A stretch of 63,793 bases of DNA, counting the filler, from Octopus bimaculoides (taxonomy: Eukaryota), in the NCBI RefSeq assembly GCF_001194135.2. It is 9 parts of 8 records of this genome, joined end to end, with 100 filler letters (N's around TTAATTAATTAA, not from the genome) between each part and the next. Parts side by side here need not be neighbours in the genome. Positions count along the whole stretch, not along the records: positions 34,821 to 56,501 come from NC_068994.1; positions 56,602 to 62,127 come from NC_068981.1; positions 62,228 to 63,793 come from NC_069002.1; 6 more parts are not named here. One strand, written 5' to 3'. The translations under genes and the position numbers were made by a program. Below are positions 52,031 through 63,793 of the stretch, one piece after another. Under the pieces are notes generated by a model, which was given only the letters and a program-made list of their open reading frames with translations, was not told the origin of the DNA and made no database searches. How positions within the stretch are numbered: the stretch's first letter is position 1; each line of letters begins with the position of its first letter.

Positions 52031-52728
52031 TTTCAGAGATTCTCCATTAGAGGTTCCTCATGAGTAAATGCACACAACCACGTATACATATGGAATATAT
52101 ATGGACGTAAATCATAAACAGTAATGAAACGCTTGTGTTCTTTTGTGACGTGTACACCCACAAGTGCAAGTATATCCACAAGTACACACACAACACGCAC
52201 ACATATAAGCATACATCAACCAGCGCAGACAACCACAAACCCCAAGAGCTGTCGTGTCTTAAACAAAAGAGCTGTGTCATTTTGTTAGTGACTGACTTGA
52301 ATTCTGAAAAAGTCCTAACTTAAAATAAGTGCCTGTGCAGGTATGGTAAGCGTGTATGTCTTGTGTGTTACGTTTATGTTTAGGAGTCTGTGTGCATATG
52401 TCCGTGTGTCTTACTGCTGCACGCAAGCGTCCCTTCTTACCCTCGCTTCAGTTTCTCTCCGTCTGGCATTTGACATTTTTCTCTGTATCTCTTCCACAAT
52501 GTTTCCTATCTTTCTTGTTTCTCTTTTTCCTCTTACTGCTATTACTACAAAAATTTACATAATAGTCTTAGTTTTGAAAACTCGTTCCATCTTTAACACA
52601 TAGGCTATACTCAATGTCCTCAATTTTAAATATTTGCCCTAAATATTTTATTGAGCGCCTTTAACAAAGATTTGCCTTCTTCTGGGCGTATTTGTGTACA
52701 CATTAAGTTAAATAAACACATATATGTA

Positions 52729-54167
52729 TCAGGTCATCCCATAAGTTCTGTCCGAATTTTGAATAAAGAAAACAAATGATCAAATGTTATATTTAATTGA
52801 AATTTAATCATCAATGTACTTTCCCTGATTATCTATGACTACCTTCCATCTATTCACAAGCTTTTTAATCCCATCAATGTAAAACTCTTTTGGTTTCAAA
52901 GCGAAGAACTCTGAAATGTCAGTTTCGACCTCCTCCTGGCTTGCGAAAGTTATGTCTCCCAAATGATTTTGTAAACTATGAAACAAATGGTAGTCTGAAG
53001 GAGCAAGGTCGGGAGAATAAGGTGGATGAGGAATTTTTTCCCAACCAAGCTCTTCGATCTTCTGTGATGTGATCTTTGCACTGTGGGGTCNNNNNNNNNN
53101 NNNNNNNNNNNNNNNNNNNNNNNNNNNNNNNNNNNNNNNNNNNNNNNNNNNNNNNNNNNNNNNNNNNNNNNNNNNNNNNNNNNNNNNNNNNNNNNNNNNN
53201 NNNNNNNNNNNNNNNNNNNNNNNNNNNNNNNNNNNNNNNNNNNNNNNNNNNNNNNNNNNNNNNNNNNNNNNNNNNNNNNNNNNNNNNNNNNNNNNNNNNN
53301 NNNNNNNNNNNNNNNNNNNNNNNNNNNNNNNNNNNNNNNNNNNNNNNNNNNNNNNNNNNNNNNNNNNNNNNNNNNNNNNNNNNNNNNNNNNNNNNNNNNN
53401 NNNNNNNNNNNNNNNNNNNNNNNNNNNNNNNNNNNNNNNNNNNNNNNNNNNNNNNNNNNNNNNNNNNNNNNNNNNNNNNNNNNNNNNNNNNNNNNNNNNN
53501 NNNNNNNNNNNNNNNNNNNNNNNNNNNNNNNNNNNNNNNNNNNNNNNNNNNNNNNNNNNNNNNNNNNNNNNNNNNNNNNNNNNNNNNNNNNNNNNNNNNN
53601 NNNNNNNNNNNNNNNNNNNNNNNNNNNNNNNNNNNNNNNNNNNNNNNNNNNNNNNNNNNNNNNNNNNNNNNNNNNNNNNNNNNNNNNNNNNNNNNNNNNN
53701 NNNNNNNNNNNNNNNNNNNNNNNNNNNNNNNNNNNNNNNNNNNNNNNNNNNNNNNNNNNNNNNNNNNNNNNNNNNNNNNNNNNNNNNNNNNNNNNNNNNN
53801 NNNNNNNNNNNNNNNNNNNNNNNNNNNNNNNNNNNNNNNNNNNNNNNNNNNNNNNNNNAGTTCTTTCATTCAAGCATTCTTTCCCATAAACTGAGTGCAT
53901 GTTTCGAGTCGCTTCGGCTGCAGTTTCCTTTTTTGTACTCATAAAGCATGATGTGCCTTAAATGCTCTTTGGATACTTCCATGTTAGAAAGGGTTTTAAT
54001 CAAAGAAATTTTAATTCTATTATTCTGTAAAATAATACTTAATTAGTTTAAATGAACACAAATGGATTAGAATAATTTTTAATTCCATTAGACATTCTAA
54101 AATACTATTAAAATTCATTCAATTTAAAAAAAAGGTAAAATCGGACAGAACTTATGGGATGACCTGA
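52729..54167 (-). mobile_element. Mariner (DD34D) transposon, probably near full length; centre lies in an N-gap
   Basis: Perfect 27-bp TIRs TCAGGTCATCCCATAAGTTCTGTCCGA, TA-flanked. N-terminus MEVSKEHLRHIMLYE..AEATRNMHSVYGKECLNERT (one frameshift); C-terminus WEKIPHPPYSPDLAPSDYHLFHSLQNHL...RWKVVIDNQGKYIDD*. Confidence 0.93.
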
Positions 54168-54722
54168 TATATATGTATGCAGCATAGAATGCGTTTCATT
54201 AGTGTCTTAATTTCATTTTCACAAATATGTTTAATCTCAGAATGATTCCGATAATTATTTTTTTTCTATTCACCTTCGAACTATGGGTAATGCCGTTTTT
54301 TCTCGGGACACAGCAATAGCAGAAAGTACGAGGGGATATTTTTGCTGAGTAGAATATAACTCAGCAACTTCTAACTCAGGAATTGCGTGCACCTGTCGGA
54401 GAAGTACTGATGAGGAATGTTACAAGAATATCAGATTTTGTGTAATTTCGACGAAAGATAATGAATACATTAATTAATAAATATTTCTGTCGTATAATTA
54501 ACAAAAGCCCCTCCGCTAGATTCGTCAGCAATCTGTTGTTACTGCCATTACCCCCATGACACACGCACACACATATATATATGTATGTATATATAATATA
54601 CACACAATACACTAGTATATATGTGTGTCTGTTAATGTATAAATAGATAATTATATATATATGTATATATACACACAATACACAAGTATGTGTGTGTGAG
54701 CATGTTTATGTATATATAGATA

Positions 54723-54759
<37 letters not shown>

Positions 54760-55204
54760 GTATATATATATATGTATGTATGTATGTATGTAGGTAGGTA
54801 GGTAGGTAGGTAGATTGATGGGTGGGTACGTACGTGCATATGAGAAGCAATAATTCGTGCTAGCGGGCTGGTGTACACCCATTTCATATGATGATATTAC
54901 GTAAATGCATACTTACTCACAAACACGCACATCTGTTCTTCATATAATTGCATTGTGTACCTCTGCTAATAATATGTGTACATTATGCAAAAATGCGTAT
55001 ATTATAAAAAAAAATATAACTTCCTCATTTCATCATAATTCGCTACTGTTCACTGCTTTAAAAACATAAAAATTTGCAATGGTTGGCAAAATGAAACTTT
55101 TAACATCGAGTCAAAAATTCCTTAGCGAAAATTGAGAGATTCACAAACTTGCATACTACTACTACTACTACTACTACTATTACTACTACTACTACTACTA
55201 CTAC

Positions 55205-55273
<69 letters not shown>

Positions 55274-55275
<2 letters not shown>

Positions 55276-56139
55276 TGCAACCAGCACTATGAGACAGTTG
55301 ACCACATCATCTTGGGCTTCCCAGTCCTTACCAAGTCTGAATATTTATACAGTCACGACAAAGTAAGCAGTTATATACAACATTACAACATCAATACTGA
55401 CATCAGGTGGTATAAATATGAGCCAAGCAAGGTACAAGGCAACGATCAAGCCACAATCATCTGAGATATGCCGGTTCAAACCGACAAAGAAATAAAAACT
55501 AATCGCCCAAACATGGTAGTCGAGGATTAGGGGTAAAAAAAACACCTGCTTATTGATAGACATTGCAGTCCCTTCTGATCAAAATATTGTCAAAAAAGAA
55601 GTGGAGAAATTGTCGAAGTACAAAGACCTCGAAATTGAAGTATTCAACATGTGGGGCATGAAGGTAAAACAATACCAATAATAACTGGAGCATTGGGCAT
55701 GATAAAAAATCATATGAACAAAAATGTGGAAGCTGTACCTGGATCCTCAACACTATACACTGTCCAAAAATTAGCCCTGCTAGGAACAGCCCACATCCTA
55801 CGCAAGACACTATCAATCCAATAATACAACGTAAACAAAACAACCCATAAATACAATACACACTCTATACAGCATTTATCCACTGAAATAAACTCCGACC
55901 AGCAAGATTGTAAACCAAAGCGTTACATACTCAACGCACAATACAAGACGTAACACAACAAAAGACAGCACCACACCCCAAGGAGAAAAAGCTAACACAG
56001 TACAGTACCGGGAAGAGTTCGCACGCTCCGAACAGCAGAAAAGAAGACACAATGCCTCACACACCCCAGCAACATGGAGGCGTAGCATGTGATGCAGCAG
56101 AAATTTGCCTCAATCTACCAAATATTGAACAGTTATATC
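55274..56139 (+). mobile_element. 5'-truncated Dong/R4-like RLE LINE embedded in (TAA)n
   Basis: CNQHYETVDHIILG...HDKV...I*DMPVQTDKEIKTNRPNMVV...CLLIDIAVPSDQN...KEVEKLSKYKDLEIEV...TIPIITGALG...GTAHILRKTLSIQ* (55822-55824). (TAA)n lies immediately 5' and taataataat immediately 3' of the putative UTR. Confidence 0.85.
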
Positions 56140-56150
56140 ATAATAATAAT

Positions 56151-56345
56151 GGTTTCAAATTTTGCCGTAAGGATGAGTCGATTACATCGACCCCAGTTGT
56201 CCACTGGTTCTTAATTTATGGACCCCGAAAGGATGAAAGGCAAAGTTGACCTCGGTGGAATTTGAAATCAGAACGTAGCGACGAACGAATTACCGCTAAG
56301 CATTTAGTCCGGCGTGCTAACAAGTCTGCCAGCTCGCCGCCTTAA

Positions 56346-56423
<78 letters not shown>

Positions 56424-56501
56424 CCTTTCTACTATAAGCACAAGGCCTGGAATTTGAGGGGAGGAGGACAGCCGATCACATCGACCCCTGTAGTTGACTG
56501 G
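56151..56501 (-). mobile_element. Two SINE family B copies separated by (TAA)n
   Basis: 56151-56343 near full length; 56423-56501 is a 3' part ending at a gap. Confidence 0.85.
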
Positions 56502-56609
56502 NNNNNNNNNNNNNNNNNNNNNNNNNNNNNNNNNNNNNNNNNNNNTTAATTAATTAANNNNNNNNNNNNNNNNNNNNNNNNNNNNNNNNNNNNNNNNNNN
56601 NTTAGACAG

Positions 56610-56938
56610 TGTCACGTGACAACTAGCTGGGGCTGCCTGCTGGAGCCTAGCAGCAGATATAAAAAGGGGAACTTGACACGACGATCAGTCGGACGCTGAC
56701 ACTCGTTGATGCTGCATCGAAGAGGCCAGGGAATAGAAGAAAGAAGACATGCACCCAACACCAGAGCTGAAGACACCTCCGAAAGGAGGGGCCCCGCCAC
56801 GTCAAAACGGTAGAGGAGTAGGGGCCGAAACTGGACGTGGTTCCTCCTGATGATATCGTCAGCTAACTGGATCCTATAAAGGAGCTGTTGTGGTAGCAGA
56901 CCACGAAACATGGTTGAAATTCCTTCCTTATAATACAG
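56610..56938 (+). mobile_element. Possible solo LTR or retroelement terminal repeat
   Basis: GC-rich island starting TGTCACGTGACA, containing TATAAAAGGGG and ending near ...TAATACA. No TSD or second copy seen. Confidence 0.3.
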
Positions 56939-57531
56939 TAAATTTTTTTCTTATGATAAAAGCTAAAATACATTTTGATTTTATAAATAAAACTTAAATA
57001 TATATTTATATATCTCTTTATTCTATTACTTTTCTTTACGCCTTATTTTCACGCGACTTCATTGTAATAAACTCTAAGTTAAAAATATAACGTTTAAAAT
57101 TTCAGTCTAAGCTAAAGCTTCGATAAGATAAGTATTGCATTTATTTTCCGCAATATTGTTAAATGTTTTTCCTTTATTTATTGGTAAAATAAGTATTTTT
57201 ATATAAATTCATTTGATATTTATTGTTAGTCGATATAGATACATTCATTTTATTATTATTATTGTATTTTGACTTGAAGATTAGCTATATTTTTGAATAG
57301 AATTGATTTTCGATCGAGTTATTGTGAATCGATTTGATTTTTATTTTATTTTCTATTTGAAAATATGGTTATGAAACACGTGTAGTCATTTTTACTATTT
57401 TAATAATATTACTTTGTACATTTTTGATTTTTATTATACGTCTTTTTAGGGTATTTACTTATTGATTTTTTTATATATATTTGTGGATTTTCATGGATGA
57501 ATTCAATAATTGTGGTTTTTTTCTCTACATT

Positions 57532-57594
<63 letters not shown>

Positions 57595-57603
57595 CATACA
57601 TAC

Positions 57604-57682
<79 letters not shown>

Positions 57683-57721
57683 CACACACACATACAAACA
57701 CATACACGTTTCTTAATAATA

Positions 57722-58090
57722 ACTACTCAGTTTCCTAAATCTCTGGATCTTCCTTGAATGCCTTCACACAAACAGGCATTGGAAAAAGCAGTTCCTATCA
57801 TGCTTTTAAGAAAAATGGATCTCCCAAAGCTGTACAATGGAACAAGATTGATTATCAGGCAAATATATCCACACATTTTGGAAGCAACCATCTTCACCGG
57901 ACAAGGAAAGATAGAAAATGTGTGTACTCAAAGAATTCCACCGATTCCAGCAGACATGCCCTTTAAATTCAAGAGTTTTCAATAACAGTCACTTTTGCAA
58001 TGCCAATTAACAAGAATGTTGGACTTACTCTCATGTAGTAGTGCTTTTGTCATGGTCAGCTCTATGCTGGTTTTTTCCAAGGGTCACGAG
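57722..58090 (+). mobile_element. Helitron Pif1-type helicase C-terminal relic
   Basis: SLDLP*MPSHKQALEKAVPIMLLRKMDLPKLYNGTRLIIRQIYPHILEATIFTGQGK...RIPPIPADMPFKFK...FAMPINK...HGQLY. Confidence 0.88.
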
Positions 58091-58139
58091 TAAGTAGTAA
58101 GTAGGAGAAAAGTGGTAGCGAGTAGAAAGGAGAAAGTGA

Positions 58140-58225
<86 letters not shown>

Positions 58226-58759
58226 GAGAGAAAAAAGGAGAAAGAAGAAAGATAGAAATAGAAGTCACCCGAATATATGAAAAACTTATAGTAATTAAAA
58301 CCAAGGTTGTGATGCATTCCGTTAATTGGTAATTTAAAAACGTAGAGTAAACACACAAACGGAAAGAAAACAGACACAGGATGGCAAGTTGAAAAACCAT
58401 GTACATACATGCGTGTATGCACGTTCTCTTCTGTGCGTTAATTTTTCAATTTTTTATTTCTTGTAAGGAAGTTACTGATTACTATCGTAGGAAAATCACA
58501 AAAACAATTCACATATTAAGCTTGCAAAATATCTTACATAATTTCAGTGTTCAGTTAGCATACTGTATTAGTAATATGCAAATTAGACGGCTAATTTTTT
58601 TATCGAAAACCCCTACTTTATCCAAATTGTCAATTACGTATTAACTCTCAAGACGAAGTCCACGCATTATTATTGATAAAACGATTTACAATCTGGGCAT
58701 AGATTGTGAATTTATATTTATTTTGACATAGATCGTGAACATATTAGAATGTGAATTTA

Positions 58760-59240
58760 TAATCTGGGCATAGAACCTGGATGTTTCGAAGCAGTTCAAC
58801 GTTGTTCGCCATTCTTTGTCTACCTTGATTTTAGAAGTATTATACATATCAGTAGATCAGGTAGCTTCTATGACGATACCTGTTTTCCCCTGTCTGTCTC
58901 AAACAACAATATCCGGCATATTTTACTTACACATGATATAATTCTGATGGAAATGATCCATTGATGTAAATGTTTACGTATACTTTGACAATGTATACTG
59001 TATATTTAACATTGGAGAATCACTTATTCCAAAGGTATTGTACAATGATTCAGTGACAACCACTTGTTGCATACGGTGGTAGTATCTTGATGTCATTCAT
59101 GAGTTGATACTAATCTGATGTGTGATGTCTTCCACAGAATTGTGATACAATTTATATTTTCAGTCTGAATGGGCTCCACTGTCTGTCTTGTTTACGAGAT
59201 ATTATACCTGTGGCAATACTCTGTTCTAGGATTTCATATG
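58760..59240 (-). mobile_element. Decayed RLE LINE fragment related to 50830-52030
   Basis: Minus-strand peptides EQSIAT, VEDITHQIS...SRYY and MPDIVV*DRQGKTGIVIE. Confidence 0.65.
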
Positions 59241-60190
59241 TATGGATTTCTACGTATTTGTATATATATATATTTGTATGTATGTATATATATATATCTA
59301 TATATATATATATATATATATNNNNNNNNNNNNNNNNNNNNNNNNNNNNNNNNNNNNNNNNNNNNNNNNNNNNNNNNNNNNNNNNNNNNNNNNNNNNNNN
59401 NNNNNNNNNNNNNNNNNNNNNNNNNNNNNNNNNNNNNNNNNNNNNNNNNNNNNNNNNNNNNNNNNNNNNNNNNNNNNNNNNNNNNNNNNNNNNNNNNNNN
59501 NNNNNNNNNNNNNNNNNNNNNNNNNTATAGATATAGATATAGAAAAAAATATAGATATATATATTACTGGTTTTGACGGTGTTTTATTTCATATTATGCT
59601 GTCGAGAAAATACAACAATAAAATTTAGGCAACACTTTACATAAACAGTGATCTAAAACTCTAGGTTTTATAATTAATAACTTAATGTATATAAAGAGTA
59701 CTTCAGTCAGATTATTTTCAATATTCTCTTGGGATTTCGTCAGAGATCAACCAACCTCTTGAACTGTCCAATTCGTTGTTTTATAAACCCGACAGCTCTA
59801 AGTAAAAATAAAAAAAAAACATTGCTTAGAAAACCGACATTATTAAGTGCTTTAAGCAAATCGAGTATATGTGTCAATAGATAACGTATCATTGAAAGCT
59901 AGCTCGATTGAAAAATTAGAGGTGTGTTCGCGATGCTTTTGCCACGGTGTTATAATGCGCTGTCTGAAAATATATCAGTAGATGTTGACAAATATTCTAT
60001 GTAACAGACAGGTGCAAACAACTTCTGTAACTATACAATATTTTCTCGAACAAAACCGAAAGACCAACCAGACTATGTCTACTAAGGTTGTACCACGATT
60101 TTGAATCACATTCCATATTTTTAGACGTAGTCACGCACTAACATACATGCACAAGCGCACGCACTCACAAACTGATGTATAGGTAGATAC

Positions 60191-60239
<49 letters not shown>

Positions 60240-61469
60240 CACAGTTTCATTATATATGTTTGTATATATATATATANNNNNNNNNNNNNNNNNNNNNNNN
60301 NNNNNNNNNNNNNNNNNNNNNNNNNNNNNNNNNNNNNNNNNNNNNNNNNNNNNNNNNNNNNNNNNNNNNNNNNNNNNNNNNNNNNNNNNNNNNNNNNNNN
60401 NNNNNNNNNNNNNNNNNNNNNNNNNNNNNNNNNNNNNNNNNNNNNNNNNNNNNNNNNNNNNNNNNNNNNNNNNNNNNNNNNNNNNNNNNNNNNNNNNNNN
60501 NNNNNNNNNNNNNNNNNNNNNNNNNNNNNNNNNNNNNNNNNNNNNNNNNNNNNNNNNNNNNNNNNNNNNNNNNNNNNNNNNNNNNNNNNNNNNNNNNNNN
60601 NNNNNNNNNNNNNNNNNNNNNNNNNNNNNNNNNNNNNNNNNNNNNNNNNNNNNNNNNNNNNNNNNNNNNNNNNNNNNNNNNNNNNNNNNNNNNNNNNNNN
60701 NNNNNNNNNNNNNNNNNNNNNNNNNNNNNNNNNNNNNNNNNNNNNNNNNNNNNNNNNNNNNNNNNNNNNNNNNNNNNNNNNNNNNNNNNNNNNNNNNNNN
60801 NNNNNNNNNNNNNNNNNNNNNNNNNNNNNNNNNNNNNNNNNNNNNNNNNNNNNNNNNNNNNNNNNNNNNNNNNNNNNNNNNNNNNNNNNNNNNNNNNNNN
60901 NNNNNNNNNNNNNNNNNNNNNNNNNNNNNNNNNNNNNNNNNNNNNNNNNNNNNNNNNNNNNNNNNNNNNNNNNNNNNNNNNNNNNNNNNNNNNNNNNNNN
61001 NNNNNNNNNNNNNNNNNNNNNNNNNNNNNNNNNNNNNNNNNNNNNNNNNNNNNNNNNNNNNNNNNNNNNNNNNNNNNNNNNNNNNNNNNNNNNNNNNNNN
61101 NNNNNNNNNNNNNNNNNNNNNNNNNNNNNNNNNNNNNNNNNNNNNNNNNNNNNNNNNNNNNNNNNNNNNNNNNNNNNNNNNNNNNNNTATAATGATTTAA
61201 TTATTGTAATTTAATATTTAGGCTGAATTGAAGCAGTTGTAAGAGAATATGTTGGATTTTTGTAGATAATAAATTATATCAATGCTACAGCTCCATTTTC
61301 TAAATTTTCTTTTGAATATTTATAAACCAAGATTAAACTGAGACCTATTATTTTATGAATATTACTATTCACAAAAAATACTTGGCAATGAACCAGTAAT
61401 TTCGTCGTTGCTATTATCCCTTAATGATGTTATTTCAAACTCTAATTAAATATGTGTGTGTGTGTTTGT

Positions 61470-61950
61470 GTGTGTGTGTTTGTGTGTGTGTGTTTGTGTT
61501 TGTGAATGTATTTGACTCCTACCATCTTTTGACAACCAATGTTGGCATCTTTACGTTCTCGTAACCTAGCGATTCGGCCAAAGACCGATAGAATAAGTAC
61601 TAGGTTTACAAAAAATAAGTCCAGGGATCGTCTAAAAGGCGGTGTTCCAATATGGCTACAGTTAAAATGACTGAAACAAGTAGAAGAATAAAAGAATAAA
61701 CACACACCATTGATGAGAACCCAATACAGTTCAAAATCAATTCAGGGGAAAAGTTAAATTTGCCCTGTTTAGATATCTACTATATACGTTGTGTATGCGT
61801 GGTTGTATGGTAAGAAAATTGCTTCTGAACCATGTGGTTCCAAGTTCAGTCCCACTGCGTAGCACCTTGGACATGTAATTTCTACCATGGCCACGGGCCG
61901 ACCAAAGCCTTGTGAGTGGATGCGGTAGACGGAAACTGAAGAAGCCCGTT
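61470..61950 (+). mobile_element. SINE family A: a 3' half (61470-61700) followed by a separate 5' half (61795-61950)
   Basis: Tail tgacaaccaatgttggc...gactgaaacaagtagaagaataaaag; head gcgtggttgtatggtaagaaa...gtagacggaaactgaagaagcccg. Confidence 0.8.
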
Positions 61951-61967
61951 GTATATCTATCTATCTT

Positions 61968-62057
<90 letters not shown>

Positions 62058-62227
62058 TGTCTGTGTGTGTATTTATTACATAAATAAGGTTTTCTGAGGC
62101 ACAAGTAAAGTCAGATTTAATTTTGAANNNNNNNNNNNNNNNNNNNNNNNNNNNNNNNNNNNNNNNNNNNNTTAATTAATTAANNNNNNNNNNNNNNNNN
62201 NNNNNNNNNNNNNNNNNNNNNNNNNNN

Positions 62228-62262
<35 letters not shown>

Positions 62263-62756
62263 ACAAACACACACACACACACACATATATATATGTATGC
62301 ATATATATGCATATATACATGTGCGTGTGTATGTATGTATATGCATATATGTCGTATCTTTGCCTTTCTCTCACTCTCTCATCGTGTACACACACACACA
62401 CACACATTAGTATGTGTGTATATACGAGTGTGTGACCATATCGGACTGTGTATGATGTGCTTAGAAACGTGTGCTTCTTCTTACATGTTTCACCGCTTCG
62501 GTGCTATGAATTACCAAACATGATTTCTGTTTTGCTTGCTTTTTGTGTGCTTTTATGATTTCGCTTCCATTCCTCTAGCGTTAAATAGTATAATTATATT
62601 TTTATAGCTTTCAGAATATTGACTGAACCTCTGAACACACACAGAGCCACACACACACACACACACACGTACACTCACTCTCACTTATACATGTACATAT
62701 GTACTCATATACAGTCTAATATAAATACAGAGATACATATGTATATATACATATAC

Positions 62757-62857
<101 letters not shown>

Positions 62858-62859
62858 AG

Positions 62860-62895
<36 letters not shown>

Positions 62896-63019
62896 TATGA
62901 TATGATATGCATATATGTACATGTATTCATACATATATTTCTGTATGTGCACACATGCTTAGTACACATGTACTAATATACATGCTTCATCGTTTTGTCT
63001 TTATCTTTCGCTTATTTCA

Positions 63020-63315
63020 GCCATTTTGCGGTTCACCTATTGGACACTCAATATTTCGCGGTTCAGCTATCACGCATTCAGTACATCGCGAATGCTTCTG
63101 TAAGTTTATATCGCGGTCTCCTCAGTATATCGCGGTCTCCTCAGTATATCACGGTCGCCTCAGTATATCGCGGTCTCCTCAGTATATCGCGTGTTTCTGT
63201 AACCGATTGGTATTTATATTTTTTTTAGATTTTAGTTATTTCTGTAGTAAAATAAGCATTTTCACGCCTTAAAATTAATAAATTAATAATTAAAATTAGA
63301 GTACAGTACGACACT
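63020..63315. mobile_element. Probable Tigger/pogo-like non-autonomous fragment with a 19-bp tandem repeat
   Basis: 4.5 copies of tatatcgcggtctcctcag (63107-63191), preceded by degenerate gcggttcacctat/gcggttcagctat units. The family assignment rests on recalled resemblance only. Confidence 0.45.
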
Positions 63316-63559
63316 GAATAACACATTAATTAAAATATATTAATATAAAATACATCGTGTTCCGTAGATCACTGCTACTCAAAGCGGTATTCTGCCGAGC
63401 GGTGCCGGTTCGCGAGCCATCAGCTTTCGGTACGCTGCGAGTTTCCAGAAAAGGAAGAAACATTATAAAATGCTTATGAAATGCTTATGTAATATTGTAT
63501 TTGTTTCCAAAATAAATCTAAGATTTAAAAAATTGTTACCTTTTAGTATATTCTCCGGT

Positions 63560-63690
63560 ATGTTGTTGGCACTCCGTCGCTTACGATGTCGAGGGTTCAA
63601 TAAACACAACGCCCGCTCTGGGAATCGAAACCGCGATCCTATGACCGCGAGTCCGCTGCCCTAACCACTGAGTCATTGCGCCTCCTGTCT
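63560..63690 (-). mobile_element. tRNA-derived SINE head fused to a ggcactccgtcgcttacga repeat fragment
   Basis: Minus strand ggaggcgcaatgactcagtggttagggcagcgg...ggtttcgattccc. The ggcactccgtcgcttacga motif also occurs inverted at about 17665-17700. Confidence 0.6.
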
Positions 63691-63793
63691 CCGGCATGAA
63701 TATAAATATTATTAAGAAATATTACCGGTCCCCGGTAAAATTCTTGTAAAAGAGTTTTATTCTTTTTTGAATGTATTAATATATATATATATA

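Noticed and set aside
54400-54490. CTGATGAG...GACGAAA hammerhead-like motif
   Set aside because: No UH triplet directly before the putative stem I' and stem II closes poorly. Probably chance.
59169-59240. YEILYLWQ resembling a gelsolin IYIWQG motif
   Set aside because: The region is the antisense of a decayed RLE LINE and the GSQA-type continuation is absent.
63107-63191. 19-bp repeats as a possible CRISPR array
   Set aside because: Head-to-tail tandem units with no spacers, in a eukaryotic genome.

Overview
AT-rich, microsatellite-saturated, gap-rich animal genomic DNA. The SINE and MITE families match those I recall from Octopus (inference, not a database result). The only well-supported host gene is a plus-strand villin/gelsolin-family gene: three clean in-frame exons (1328-1406, 3554-3649, 4716-4851) encode a complete gelsolin repeat 3 (G3). 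Its downstream exons are uncertain, and the rest of the window looks like intron or intergenic DNA. That remainder is packed with mobile-element relics: two abundant tRNA-derived SINE families, several mariner (DD34D) copies, two maT (DD37D) copies, a full-length decayed Chapaev3 transposon with TAA target-site duplication (TSD), a complete non-autonomous Helitron, a Helitron helicase fragment, Dong/R4-like LINE fragments with a restriction-like endonuclease (RLE), a gag-like CCHC ORF1 relic and several MITEs. The most interesting signals are (i) a fully foldable type I hammerhead-ribozyme motif at 35655-35700 (minus strand) with a C instead of U at core position 4; (ii) a tRNA-headed SINE-like element with a minimal Penelope-type hammerhead in its tail, present as a head-to-head inverted pair at about 10235-11165; (iii) a foldback MITE with perfect 28-bp terminal inverted repeats (TIRs), an 8-bp TSD and an internal patterned (TTAGGG)n core; (iv) a roughly 700-bp palindrome; and (v) recurrent insertion of LINEs and SINEs into (TAA)n tracts. 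Almost all ORFs in the supplied track are microsatellite or N-gap artefacts.
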